Shown here: piece after piece, positions 1 through 11,600 of the stretch
Numbering within the stretch: position 1 is the stretch's first letter
How the letters are laid out: every line of letters starts with the position of its first letter
From: Tubulanus polymorphus
Lineage: Eukaryota > Animalia > Nemertea
NCBI RefSeq assembly: GCF_964204645.1
Contig: NC_134026.1
Coordinates: 25,950,150 to 26,014,149, forward strand
Length of the DNA: 64,000 nt
Direction: 5' to 3'
Notes under the pieces: generated by a model
Databases searched by the model: none
What the model saw: only the letters and a program-made list of their open reading frames with translations
What the model was told of the DNA's origin: nothing
Translations under genes and position numbers: made by a program

Positions 1-215
1 GAACCGTAACATCGGACTGTGCATTCTGGTGAGATTTTGTCGAAGTTTGAAGCTTTTAACTACTGAATTTGACAAGTTAAAGTTTCCATAGAACATAAGT
101 GTGGACATTTTCGTATATAGAGTACAGGCTATTATAGCACACTCTGTATAGTACAGCCTGTTCACCGTTCCGCTTGAGTTATTTTCGGTCGTGAAAGGTT
201 ATTGAGAACTGTAAA

Positions 216-1430
216 ATGGAGAAAAATTCAAAGCACTTAGCCAGTGGTTCGAATACCAATCGTAACCGTAATCGTAGTAAACATGATGATCGTAATACCA
301 AAGACAAAGTCGATAAACAAACAGAACATGCTGGCAGTGGGAATACTAAACGAACTCTGTCCAAAGGCTCGGAATCCAGTACCCCTCCAACAAAAAGACC
401 GGCTCATACACAATCGAAATCGCAACCAGCTAAAAGTTATGGAGAAACTGATCCAGATACAGATACCGAAAGCCGCGAATCTGCAGGAGAATCCGACAGC
501 GAAACGGAGAAAGAACTTACTTTAGAGGACATTTTCCAAGAAATTAAGTCGATGCGGAAACATCTGGAACGAAAAATCGATGGTAAATTCAACTCAATTA
601 AGAAAGACCTGGAACAATTCAGAAAAGATTTTGAAGCTAGTATGGATTTCAAGATTGAAGAAGCCAAAGACGAACTGCGAGTTGAGTTTACCACGAAGGT
701 TAGCGACCTTGAAAATAAGCTTAAAACCAGTGGCCGCACCCAACCAAAGGATGACCGCATTGCAGCACTAGAAAATCGCATAATAGACCAGGAGGCTAGA
801 TCACGGCGCGACAACCTTGTTTTCCTTGGTTTAGTTGAGTCGACTGATGAAAACATAGACAACGTTGTGAGGAAACAGTTAGTCGAAAATTTCGGAATCA
901 ACAGTGATCGAGCGAGTGAAATTGTCTTCCAGCGGATCCATAGAAATCCAGGCAAAGACAAACCACGTTCCGTGACCGCGAAATTCAGAGATTATGTTGA
1001 CCGCGAATTAGTATATAAATCTCGATTTAACGCAAAAGATAACACTGTGAGAATCGTTGCGGATTATCCGATCGAAGTGCGGAATAGAAGAAAATTGTTA
1101 TTCGAAAAATTAAATTCATCGAAATCTACCAATCCATCCGTGGATGGTTTCGTCTCCTTCGATAAGCTGATTCTCGACGGGAAAATTTTCAAATGCATTA
1201 ATAACGAAGTAAAGTGCGTCGGGGAGGCAACATACCGGACACCTAGACCACGTACACAGCCGAAGAAATCACCCGAAGAGCTGAAGGCGGCCTCGAAACA
1301 GCCTGCAGTAGCTAACGCAACAAATATTCAGAGTGCGGAAGTGGAGACGATGGACGCGTCTGGAACAAGCGATACTCCAGTAAGTGACCTAATTGCAGCA
1401 TCGAGAGTTGTACTAGACGGTCCAGCGTAG
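216..1430 (+). CDS. LINE ORF1 protein (L1/Transposase_22-type coiled coil + RRM + CTD)
   Basis: 404 aa ATG-started ORF; coiled coil followed by RIAALENRIIDQEARSRRDNLVFLGL, FQRIHR, KPRSVTAKF, ADYPIEVRNRRKLL and DKLILDGK, motifs typical of L1-type ORF1p. Confidence 0.9.
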   Translation: MEKNSKHLASGSNTNRNRNRSKHDDRNTKDKVDKQTEHAGSGNTKRTLSKGSESSTPPTKRPAHTQSKSQPAKSYGETDPDTDTESRESAGESDSETEKELTLEDIFQEIKSMRKHLERKIDGKFNSIKKDLEQFRKDFEASMDFKIEEAKDELRVEFTTKVSDLENKLKTSGRTQPKDDRIAALENRIIDQEARSRRDNLVFLGLVESTDENIDNVVRKQLVENFGINSDRASEIVFQRIHRNPGKDKPRSVTAKFRDYVDRELVYKSRFNAKDNTVRIVADYPIEVRNRRKLLFEKLNSSKSTNPSVDGFVSFDKLILDGKIFKCINNEVKCVGEATYRTPRPRTQPKKSPEELKAASKQPAVANATNIQSAEVETMDASGTSDTPVSDLIAASRVVLDGPA

Positions 1431-4400
1431 GGAAACGCGACAAACTCTCGCCGTCAATCATTAACTTTATGTTCTCTTAATGTATGCGGATTAGAAAATA
1501 AACTGGATATCCCTGAATTCCAAGACCATATCAAACAATTTGATATTATTGGGTTATGTGAAACAAAGCTAACTGACTTCCATACACTCAATATCCCGAA
1601 CTACCACTTCTTTGGTAACAATCGTAAAAAGTACAAAAGAGTGTCTGGTGGAATAGCCGTCCTTGTGCACGATTCGATCATCGAATGTGTTACGGTCTTA
1701 CCTATTAAATCAGAATACATACTATGGTTTAAAGTGTCAAAACAGCTTTTCCCTAACTCAACGAGTGACGTATGCGTCGGTATGTGCTACATCCCGCCCG
1801 AGGGCTCAAAATACCTAACCCCTGAATGCTGGACGGACATTGAACTCGAAATTATATCAATGCAATCTAATTATGAGTCAGTAATCCTAATGGGTGACTT
1901 CAACTCAAGAACTAGCAATTTTACCGACTTTGTTGAACCAGATGAGTTCCTGACGCAAAGACTCAATTTGAACAATACCAATTACTTGCCCGAAATTTTC
2001 CAGTTCAATATTCCAGTTGATCGTATCAGCCAAGATCAGTATGTGAATAACCATGGCCACAAACTCTTAGATTTATGTAAGAATTGTAATCTCTATATAG
2101 CAAACGGTCGACTCGGTAAAGATCGTAGATTAGGTAAATTAACTTGCAAAAACGCGTCTGTAGTCGATTATGTAGTCCTTTCGCCGAATTGCTTTAATTT
2201 TTTGTGTGACTTTTTTGTGCATGATTTCTGCGACCTATTCTCCGATGTGCACTGTACTATTTCTTTCAACCTAAAACTCAGTGGTATCCCACCTACCCCA
2301 TATAAAGGCAATGAACGGCCAGTTACACGAAAAGTAAAACATAGGCCAACTTGGAAAAGAGATAAATCAGACCAATTTGCTAGCAATTTGAATACCCAAA
2401 AGTACGAACAAACACTACTATCTTACCCGCATGTACTTGATAAAGATGCAATCGATTCCTTATCATCTGTTATAAATGAAATATTCAATGACGCCAGTAT
2501 TATTACCTTTGGTAACAAATGGAATTCTCCCTGTCCCTCAAAAGTTAATAAACTAGATAAACCATGGTTTGGTCATGAATGTCGAAATGCAAGGAAAAAG
2601 TACCATATTAAGAAGCGCATTAATAATCGGATTCGAACCGACCGTACTCATACAGATCTTGCCGAAGCCAGTCGTAGTTATAAAAAAACTATAAGAAAGC
2701 ACGTGAATTTACACAGAAAGCGTATGCAAAGAGAAATTCGAAACCTTAATCTTCATAACCCTAAAAAATACTGGCAGCTTTTAAACAGAAACACCCCTAG
2801 AAACACTAATATTCCAGTACCACTGGAGGACTTGTATGAATTTTTCCGGGATGCCAATAAGCAGCAAGATGATAGATCAGAATTACCTAATGTAGCAAAT
2901 GATATGATCAATGAAAACGAGTCACTAAATGATGCTATATCTGCGGAGGAAATTTTAAAGGCAATTAAACTACTCAAAAATGGTAAATCAGCTGGAAGTG
3001 ATGGCATCCTAAACGAACATATAAAAGCCACTAAGGATATCATGCTCCCAGTTTATGTAAACTTCTTTAATATCGTTTTAGATACTGGGATACTCCCAGA
3101 ATCTTGGCTAGAGGGCGTCATTTGTCCCATCTTTAAAGGTGGAAATGACAAACTACCAGAGAACTACAGGCCCATCACCATTTTAAGCTGTTTGGGAAAG
3201 GTTTTTACAGCAATACTTAATAATAGACTAACATGTTATATTGAAACAAACAACATCCTCCATAACAACCAAGCTGGATTTCGTCGTGGTTACTCGACAA
3301 TTGACAACCTCTACATTTTACATATTTTAGCTGAAGTTATTAAAACTCAGAAGAAGAAACTATATTGTGCTTTCGTAGATTTTACCAAAGCCTTTGACAC
3401 AGTCTGGAGAGCCGGACTATGGCAAAAGCTTCTTACAAATGGTATAAACGGTAAATTACTTAACTGTGTGAAGAACATGTATGACAATGTTAAATCATGT
3501 GTGAAAGCTAATGGTAACCTATCTGCCTTTTTTCCTTGTGAGACAGGTGTCAGACAAGGTGAAAATATGTCACCGCTTCTTTTCTGCCTGTACTTAAACG
3601 ACTTAGAAGAATTTTTACATAATAGAGCCAGTAATGGGATCAGTTTGTCCGATCATAACGATGTCATCGTTTATGCAAACTTGGTAATTCTATTCTACGC
3701 GGACGATACGGTAATTTTTGCGCAGAATGCGCAAGAACTTCAGCGCAACCTAGATAATTTCCATGAATACTGCAATGTATGGAAACTAAAGGTCAATACT
3801 AGAAAAACAAAGATTATAATATTTGGTTCTAGAGGCTTAGGAAATGAACAGTTCCACATGGGAAATCAAAATATTGAGGTTGTTACCAGCTATAAGTACC
3901 TGGGATTATTATTACATCAAAATAGAGGTTTTTTGTCGACTAAGAAATACCTAGTCTCACAAGCAAAAAAGGCACTACACGCTCTATACTGTAAGACTTA
4001 TAGTCTAAATCTTCCTCTAGATTGTCAGTTAAAACTATTTGATCAGACGGTGGTACCCGTCTTATTATATGGCTGTGAAGTCTGGGGGTTCTCTAACATA
4101 GATTCTATTGAGTCTGTTCACTTAAGTTTTCTGAGACACGTACTGAAAGCGCGAAATAGTACACCAACGTTCATGTTGTACGGAGAAACTGGTAGATTCC
4201 CCCTTTCTATAGTAATTAAATCTAGAATTGTCTCCTTTTGGGCTAATTTAGTCAGTTCTCAGAACAAACTTTCTAGCATTCTGTATAAATCAGTTATGCG
4301 ACCTTTTTACATTAACGGCATAGCTCCAAATTTCAAATGGATTAGAAATGTAAAAGATATTCTGTATTCTGTAGGTTTAAATAATATATGGGATGATCAA

Positions 4401-4874
4401 TCCTTCCCAAACACTAGATGGCTGCAATCTACTTTAAAACAAAAAATAATGGACCAGTTCCTCCAAGAATGGAGAGCATCCATAAGGGAATCACCTAAAG
4501 GTGACTATTACTCTCTATTCAAAGATAATCATAGCCTGGAGTTTATTTACACGTCGGACATTCCTGATGACCTGCTATATAGTTTAAGTAGATTTAGAAC
4601 GTGTAACCACAAACTTCCAATTGAAACTGGTAGATGGATGAAAGTACCCAGAGAAAACAGGACCTGTCCTCTTTGCAACAGTGCTATAGGGGACGAATAT
4701 CATTATATATTATGTTGTCCAACCCTTGACGTTTTAAGGACCAAGTACATTGAGAGAAAATTTTCAATTTATCCAAACCAGTATAAATTCTCCTCCCTTA
4801 TGCAGACAAAAAACATCAGAACACCTTATAATTTATGTATCTTTATAAGTAAAATTGCTAAAATATTTGTGTAA
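1431..4874 (+). CDS. LINE ORF2: apurinic-like endonuclease + reverse transcriptase + C-terminal CCHC finger; open frame begins right after the ORF1 TAG
   Basis: From 1431 the frame reads GNATNSRRQSLTLCSLNVCGL...LCETK...SGGIAVLV...CYIPP...MGDFNSR...VDY...SDVH (APE); NYRPITILSCLGK, QAGFRRG, FVDFTKAFDTV, GVRQGENMSPLLF, FYADD, YKYLG (RT); CPLC...DEYH...C. The ORF-track start at 1641 (GTG) lies inside the endonuclease domain. Confidence 0.95.
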   Translation, partial: GNATNSRRQSLTLCSLNVCGLENKLDIPEFQDHIKQFDIIGLCETKLTDFHTLNIPNYHFFGNNRKKYKRVSGGIAVLVHDSIIECVTVLPIKSEYILWFKVSKQLFPNSTSDVCVGMCYIPPEGSKYLTPECWTDIELEIISMQSNYESVILMGDFNSRTSNFTDFVEPDEFLTQRLNLNNTNYLPEIFQFNIPVDRISQDQYVNNHGHKLLDLCKNCNLYIANGRLGKDRRLGKLTCKNASVVDYVVLSPNCFNFLCDFFVHDFCDLFSDVHCTISFNLKLSGIPPTPYKGNERPVTRKVKHRPTWKRDKSDQFASNLNTQKYEQTLLSYPHVLDKDAIDSLSSVINEIFNDASIITFGNKWNSPCPSKVNKLDKPWFGHECRNARKKYHIKKRINNRIRTDRTHTDLAEASRSYKKTIRKHVNLHRKRMQREIRNLNLHNPKKYWQLLNRNTPRNTNIPVPLEDLYEFFRDANKQQDDRSELPNVANDMINENESLNDAISAEEILKAIKLLKNGKSAGSDGILNEHIKATKDIMLPVYVNFFNIVLDTGILPESWLEGVICPIFKGGNDKLPENYRPITILSCLGKVFTAILNNRLTCYIETNNILHNNQAGFRRGYSTIDNLYILHILAEVIKTQKKKLYCAFVDFTKAFDTVWRAGLWQKLLTNGINGKLLNCVKNMYDNVKSCVKANGNLSAFFPCETGVRQGENMSPLLFCLYLNDLEEFLHNRASNGISLSDHNDVIVYANLVILFYADDTVIFAQNAQELQRNLDNFHEYCNVWKLKVNTRKTKIIIFGSRGLGNEQFHMGNQNIEVVTSYKYLGLLLHQNRGFLSTKKYLVSQAKKALHALYCKTYSLNLPLDCQLKLFDQTVVPVLLYGCEVWGFSNIDSIESVHLSFLRHVLKARNSTPTFMLYGETGRFPLSIVIKSRIVSFWANLVSSQNKLSSILYKSVMRPFYINGIAPNFKWIRNVKDILYSVGLNNIWDDQSFPNTRWLQSTLKQKIMDQFLQEWRASIRESPKGDYYSLFKDNHSLEFIYTSDIPDDLLYSLSRFRTCNHKLPIETGRWMKVPRENRTCPLCNSAIGDEYHYILCCPTLDVLRTKYIERKFSIYPNQYKFSSLMQTKNIRTPYNLCIFISKIAKIFV

Positions 4875-5516
4875 ACACGGCATTCGCTGCTATGTTATTT
4901 TGTATAATGTTCTATTTTTCACTCATATTGTCTAATTTGTAGACCTTGAGTTTGTCAAATAAACTGTAAACTGTAAACTGTGTAAGTAGATAAAATCTTA
5001 AGGTCAATTAATTCATATCATTGATACGTATCCTATTTCTTATTGTGGAATATCATAAGGATATCATGAGTATACAAACTTTAGTATATACTATTTGAAT
5101 TAAAACATACTACAAATTAACAGTTCATTAATACTAAATTAGTACTATCAGTTATATCAAAAAGCTTCATGAAAAGGTTCATCGCACATTTCAAATATAT
5201 TACACTAGCTTGAATCTAAAATATCTAGAATTAAAAGTTAATTATCGGTTATAACTCATGGAATTGCACAGCCCAAATATACCACAAGTCAACAAGAGGC
5301 TGTTCAAAAATATTCCAGTTCGAATTTTAAGATGTTACAAATAAAAAGTCCATTATTCTTATTAGTTCTAACGATTTATTTTATTCTAAAAGTTTAATCA
5401 AATAACTTATCCCAACGAAAGATTCCATTGCGCAGTTCAAACACATTTCAGTCTCATTGCAAATGAACAAAATTGGAGAAACTTTTTGCTTTGAAATGTC
5501 CTTGAAAATCACCGAG

Positions 5517-5610
5517 TGGGGATTTTTACCTACTTTGAATATTTGGGGAATTTTACGCAGGGGATATCTACCTAGGGGATTTTTACCCAGGGGATTTTTA
5601 CCTAAAACCG
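5517..5610. repeat. 15-bp tandem array (GGGGATTTTTACCTA-like) x4 plus one dispersed copy; probable subterminal repeats of a DNA-transposon end
   Basis: Units at 5545, 5560, 5575 and 5590, ending in AAACCG; extra copy near 5517. The transposon-end interpretation is inference. Confidence 0.6.
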
Positions 5611-5671
5611 GGGGTATCCCCCATCGATTTACCACAACACATTTATCTGTACTATCAAATCCTTTTTCTAG

Positions 5672-8600
5672 GCTACAAGGAGAATCTGTCCAAGTTGTCC
5701 AGGTCCAGAGTGATCCATGTGCAGTGGAAAAAGAAAGGGTTAGTCTTAAAGATGTTAATGATGATCTTTTGCATTGACCGAAAAACAATAAAATCTAACA
5801 GTGAACAAAATGTAACGTATATCCTTTATTACCTTCTTTATTATAGATAGTGTTCCTTGAAAATGAACTGGAAAAACATAAAGTTGAATTAGCGGTTCTT
5901 AGGAATCACAAATATAAAGTTGAGACGGTTGAGATTGAAAAGACTGTCAATAGTGTGACAATGCGATCCGAAGCAGATATTGAACTGGTTTGTGATATTA
6001 CGAATTCCTCTCGATCGAAAAATATTAACAAGAATCCCAAGAATCTGTAATGTATCTGTGAATGAATGCAAGGTAGACTTGATATTGGACGCGCTAGTTT
6101 TATTTTCATTTCAGATCAATACTTTGACACAAGAAAACGAAATTCTTAAAGCTAAACTTGATATGAAGCAAAGGTCGAACGACGATATATTATTGGTGGG
6201 TATATACTGAAAGTGTCCGTGGGCTAAAATCTACAAATCCGAGTTTTCCGTACTGACTTTTACTTTTGGGCGGTGACCATTTTTCTGCATTTACGGTAAA
6301 AATTTTAATTGTACCTGTATACTATATTCCAAGATCGAAAAACTTCAACGTGAGATGGAAGTCTACAAATCACAAAGCGTCAACATCGAAATGAAGACTA
6401 TCGAGTTTCAGAAGCAATTAAGAGCCGATGTAGAGAAGGTAACTGTTCTTATACCTTATTCCTTATTTTCGAAGGATGGCATTTCACATTAGACTTGTGC
6501 AGCTAGAAAGGCTATGATAAACGACAGACGATTTTCACTTTTAGATCGCGGAGCTTGAGTGCGAAATTGAGAGACTTAATAGTCAGTTACCGAATGTACA
6601 ATACAAAACGGAAATCGTCGAAGTTGAGAAGCGCTCGCAAGACGATATATTACTGGTAATTCAAACAGAAATCTGGAAATTTTCATTTTGTTAATTCAAC
6701 TTGGAACGTAGGAACATTAAGTTCGCTCTTGATATTGTAGATAGCTAATCTTCAGATGGAAATTGAAGCTCTTAAAAGTGCCCCACCAAGAGTTGAGGTG
6801 GTTGAGGTTGAGAAGGTAACGTTTTTGATAGGGACATAATAACTAATCGTATTTTTATTCCACATACCATTCTAAACCGAATATAAGTTTATACGAATTA
6901 TCTATCTATTCATATTCCAGGTTAATCAATTAGAACGAGAAATTGAACAAGTCAAATACACCCCGCCTCGTGTTGAATACAAAACCGAAATTGTTGAAGT
7001 TGAGAAACGCTTGCAAAGTGATATCGACAGGGTAAAGTCCTGCAGACTATCAATGAAAGAAACCTAGAAATTGTGCATGTAAAATTACTTATGCGCGAAA
7101 AGAAGGTGGTTATTTTACTGGAATTTTCTATTCTAGATTGCCCAGCTTGAACAAGAAGTTATGCGCTACAGAAACACTCCACCTCGCGTGGAAACTAAAT
7201 TAGAATATGTCACTGTGGAAAAGCGCCTTCAAACAGATATTGATAGAGTAAGAGGGCAATTCTCTTTGAATTTCAGTACTTTATGGAGTGATTAATTTCA
7301 GAATCAGTTACTATTACTAAAAATGCATTTCGAAACCAAGGTCTTCTATTTTGTATTCATTTGCAGGAAGATTGAAAAAATTGATGCTTGTAGTAGAATA
7401 TTTTTCATTTTTAATAGATTGCTCAGCTCGAGATGGAAGTTGAACGATTGCGCAACACACCACCGCGTATCGAGTACATGACTGAATACGTTGAAAAACG
7501 CATGCAAACTGATATCGAAAAGGTAGTTTTTCTATAAATCAACCGAAAAAAATGCTATAAGGATTCGTCGTGATAGAGCTCACATTTTTATTATCTTTGC
7601 CCTTTTATAGATCACGCTCCTAGAAAATGAGATCCAACGTTATAGAAACACTCCTCCACGCGTTGAAATGAAGACCGAATACAAAACTGTTGAGGTCGAG
7701 AAGCGTATGCAGACCGACATTGACAGGGTAACAACCAGATAATCGGAATGAAAATTCTTTTTGAATCAGGAAAAAATTATCAAATAACGCACGTGTAATG
7801 ATGAATTTCCAGATCGCGTTGCTTGAAAGAGACATTGAACGCCTAAGAAACATTCCACCACGCGTTGAATACAAAACTGAATATGTTGAGAGACGAATGC
7901 AGACCGATATTACCAAGGTATACGTGAAATCGAGAACTTAATGACTTTCGCTAAGAATATATCCTGATCAAGATATACATTTTAAAATCAATGTTACTGT
8001 TGACAGATTAGCGAACTTGAAAGGGAAGTCGAAAGACTGAGAAACACGCCACCCCGAATTGAATACAAAACTGAATATGTCGAAAAGAGAGTGCAAACCG
8101 ATATTGATAGGGTAAAAACAAATTAGAATCCACTGCCAATATATGACCAAGTAATTCGTAAGTCAGTATGAATCATGAAAATATTTCATTCTATCCAGAT
8201 TGCTTTCCTTGAAAGAGAAGTTGAACGAGTAAGAAACATTCCACCACGGGTTGAATACAAAACTGAATATGTTGAGAAACGTATGCAAACTGACATTGAC
8301 AGGGTAATACATCGAAGAGGCCCGTTTCTGACGATCCACTTTTAAAAGATATTATTTTGTTTTCAATGATCGCCTGTTTATCATTTCCAGATTTCCCACT
8401 TGGAAATAGAGATTGAACGGTTAAGGAAAATTCCACCACGCGTCGAAGTCAAGACCGAATATGTAGAGAAACGCATGCAAACTGACATTGATAGGGTAAA
8501 CTTTTTGTGAAGGAATATGCATGCCTGGATATCGCAGACGATTACAACATTTGAACTGAATCCATTTTTCTTGCTAGATTGCCGTCTTCGAAAGAGAAGT

Positions 8601-11600
8601 TGAACGATTGAGAAACATTCCACCACGAGTCGAAACCAGGACAGAATACGTTGAAAAACGTATGCAAACTGACATAGACAGGGTAAGACAATAGCGTGGT
8701 TGTGTTTGTTTTACACATAATTGAACGCATAAGAAACATCCCACCACGTGTTGAATACGAGACCAAGGCTGAATATGTCGAGGTTGAGAAATGCGGGCCG
8801 ACATACATCGACATGGTAACTTACGAACCCCCCCCCCCCCCCTAAAAAAATCATTTTCGTCATAAGTTGTGAACACGATATCTATCGGCTTCCGATTTCC
8901 TCTCCAACAGATTTCCTATTTGGAAAAAGAGATTGAAAGAATGAAAAACATTCCACCCCGTGTTGAGTACAAGACCGAATATGTTGAGAAACGCATGCAA
9001 ACTGATATTGACAGGGTAAATAATTGACATGTTTCGTGGCGCTGTTCATTGACCAAATCTACAGTAATTGAAAAGTCTATTTTTCGATGTAATGCTACCA
9101 AAACACGAGTCAAACTTTGTTCTTTGATATTATAGATTGCGTATTTCGAAAAAGAAATTGACAGGATAAGAAACATCCCACCTCGCGTAGAAATCAAGAC
9201 AGAATATGTTGAGGTTGAGAAACGTATGCAAACTGATATTGACAGGGTAAACAGGAATAATGAAAACGTAATTAATCTTAGCGGATTTTCCCACATTTCA
9301 AACGTCGAACTTATCTTTATTTCTAGATACAACGATTGGAACGTGAGATTGAACAGTATAAAAACCGGCCGCCGAAGATTGAATACAAAACCGAATATGT
9401 TGAGGTCGAGAAGCGCATGCAGACTGATATTGACAGGGTATGAATCGATTTTCCTTGTATAGGACATCTCTAAAACTTAACATGAATTCATAATCAAGTT
9501 GTTTATTTTCATTAAAGATTACTTTCTTCGAGAGAGAAGTAGAAAGGTTGAGAAATATCCCACCACGTGTAGAAATCAAGACTGAATATGTTGAGGTTGA
9601 GAAACGCATGCAAACTGACATTGACAGGGTATATATATATATATATATCAATAAATATGCGTCCAATGAATGAAAAAACCCAGGTGAATTCAGACCGAAT
9701 AATATTGTGAATCTTTGCAGATTGCGTATTTGGAGAAGGAAATTGAACGTGTCAGAAATATCCCACCCCGTGTAGAAACTAAGACTGAATATGTTGAAGT
9801 TGAGAAACGCATGCAAACCGATATTGATAGGGTAAGTATATTTTGTATAGAACGAATAAGCTTAAACTCTTAAATCCAGAAAAGTATTTTCCACACTTAT
9901 GCCTTCAAATAGATTTCTCTCCTTGAACGTGAAATTGAACGGGTCAGGAATATCCCACCACGTGTCGAGTACAAAACGGAATATGTTGAAGTAGAAAAAC
10001 GTATGCAAACTGACATAGACAGGGTAAATATCCCAATCTTCGATAATCTTCTATTTTTACCTATTCTAAACAATAAACCATTTTGGCTAATGAGGAGGAA
10101 TAATTTTTGCAAATATGCCACATCGTGTCTTATAGATTTCATTCCTGGAACGGGAAATTGAACGTATCAGAAATATCCCACCACGTGTAGAAACAAAGAC
10201 TGAATATGTTGAGGTTGAGAAACGTATGCAGACTGACATTGATAGGGTAAGTATTCATGAATACCAACTGATATTGATTCTATCACTTTCCAAACGGTAA
10301 TAGAACCTAAACTGCGTTTACGTTTTGTATGTGTGTATTTTAGATCAGTCAATTAGAAAGAGATATTGAACGTGTGCGAAACATCCCACCTCGCGTCGAA
10401 TACAAAACTGAATATGTCGAAGTTGAAAAACGCATGCCAGCTGATATTGAAAAGGTATACATGTAGTAATTTCGTTATTGGTTCTAGTTATTTCAAACAA
10501 ACACTCATGTTTATAATTATGATGGATATAAAAATGTTTTAGATCACCTTTTTGGAAAGAGAAGTCGAACGAATAAGAAACATCCCACCGCGTGTTGAAT
10601 ACAAAACTGAATATGTTGAAGTTGAGAAACGCACGCAGGCTGACATTGACAGGGTAGAAAGAATTTCTTTTTGAGTCTGACGAAAAGATGTTGTGATTTT
10701 AAAGTTTATACATGTACCGCATTGACAATTTTCTAGATCGCATTCCTTGAAAGGGACATTGAGCGTGTCAGAAACATCCCACCGCGTGTTGAATACCAAA
10801 CTGAATATGTTGAAGTCGAGAAACGTATGCAAACTGATATAGATAGGGTATGTATAAAACAACTTAATAATAATCAGTCAAGGAATAGGGTGACTGAATA
10901 AAAGTTTTACCGTGTAAAAAGTACAGCAAGTTTTAGGAGATTATTCTAACTATAACGTTTTATTTTCTAGATTGCCCACCTTGAGCGTGAAATTGAACGA
11001 GTCAGGAACATACCTCCGCGTGTTGAGTACAAGACAGAATATATTGAAGTTGAGAAACGCATGCAGACTGATATTGATAGGGTAATTTTGACTACTGCAT
11101 AAATCAGTTTATATTTCAATGAGGCAAACAGCTCTTCCAACCAAAATGCTGCAAAACGCCATACATCATCGATGTCGTCAATTGGATTCGAATGGCAATA
11201 AACTATGGTGGCTGATAAGGACCACGTGCATTATTTTCATATGACGTCGATCATAATAAAACGCAAAAAAACGCAAAACGAAATAGAGCAAAAACGAAAA
11301 ATTTGTTTCTAGTCCTTATCACCCACCATAATAAACTAGTATTCAATTGTCTTTCCTTTGTAAGCTTTTGATACCTCACCAAAGCAGTCTCATTAAAGTA
11401 AAGTAGATATAATTTCAGATCTTATTCCTTGAAAAAGAGACCGACAGGCTGAAAAACATCCCACCACGTGTAGAAATTCAGACTGAGTACGTGGAGGTCG
11501 AGAAACGCATGCAGACCGACATCGATAGGGTAGGTTTTAGGCCGTATAAAGCCTAGAGAAACATACATACATACATACATACATACATGGAAAGTTTGAT

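Larger units (their letters stand above)
1..4981 (+). mobile_element. Non-LTR retrotransposon (LINE), apparently intact; RTE-group/RTEX-like clade suspected; 5' end may lie outside the window
   Basis: ORF1 plus APE-RT-zinc-finger ORF2 with no frameshifts; short 3' UTR with AATAAA (4958-4963) running into a (TAAACTG)3 tail (4960-4980). Clade is inferred from the YGCEVWG, ETGRFPL and NHKLPIETGRW motifs and the tandem-repeat tail. Confidence 0.95.

Noticed and set aside
1641-1643. ORF-track GTG start for ORF2
   Set aside because: It lies inside the endonuclease domain, downstream of the conserved SLNV and CET motifs, which are in the same open frame from 1431.
4982-4987. GTAAGT right after the LINE tail, suggesting insertion exactly at a splice donor
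   Set aside because: It overlaps tail-like sequence and cannot be tested without the 5' flank and TSD; may be chance.
5381-5788. ORFs 5381-5788 (-) and 5457-5777 (+) with LGKNP / RGFLP repeats
   Set aside because: Produced by the 15-bp tandem array; only 5672-5738 behaves as a real exon.
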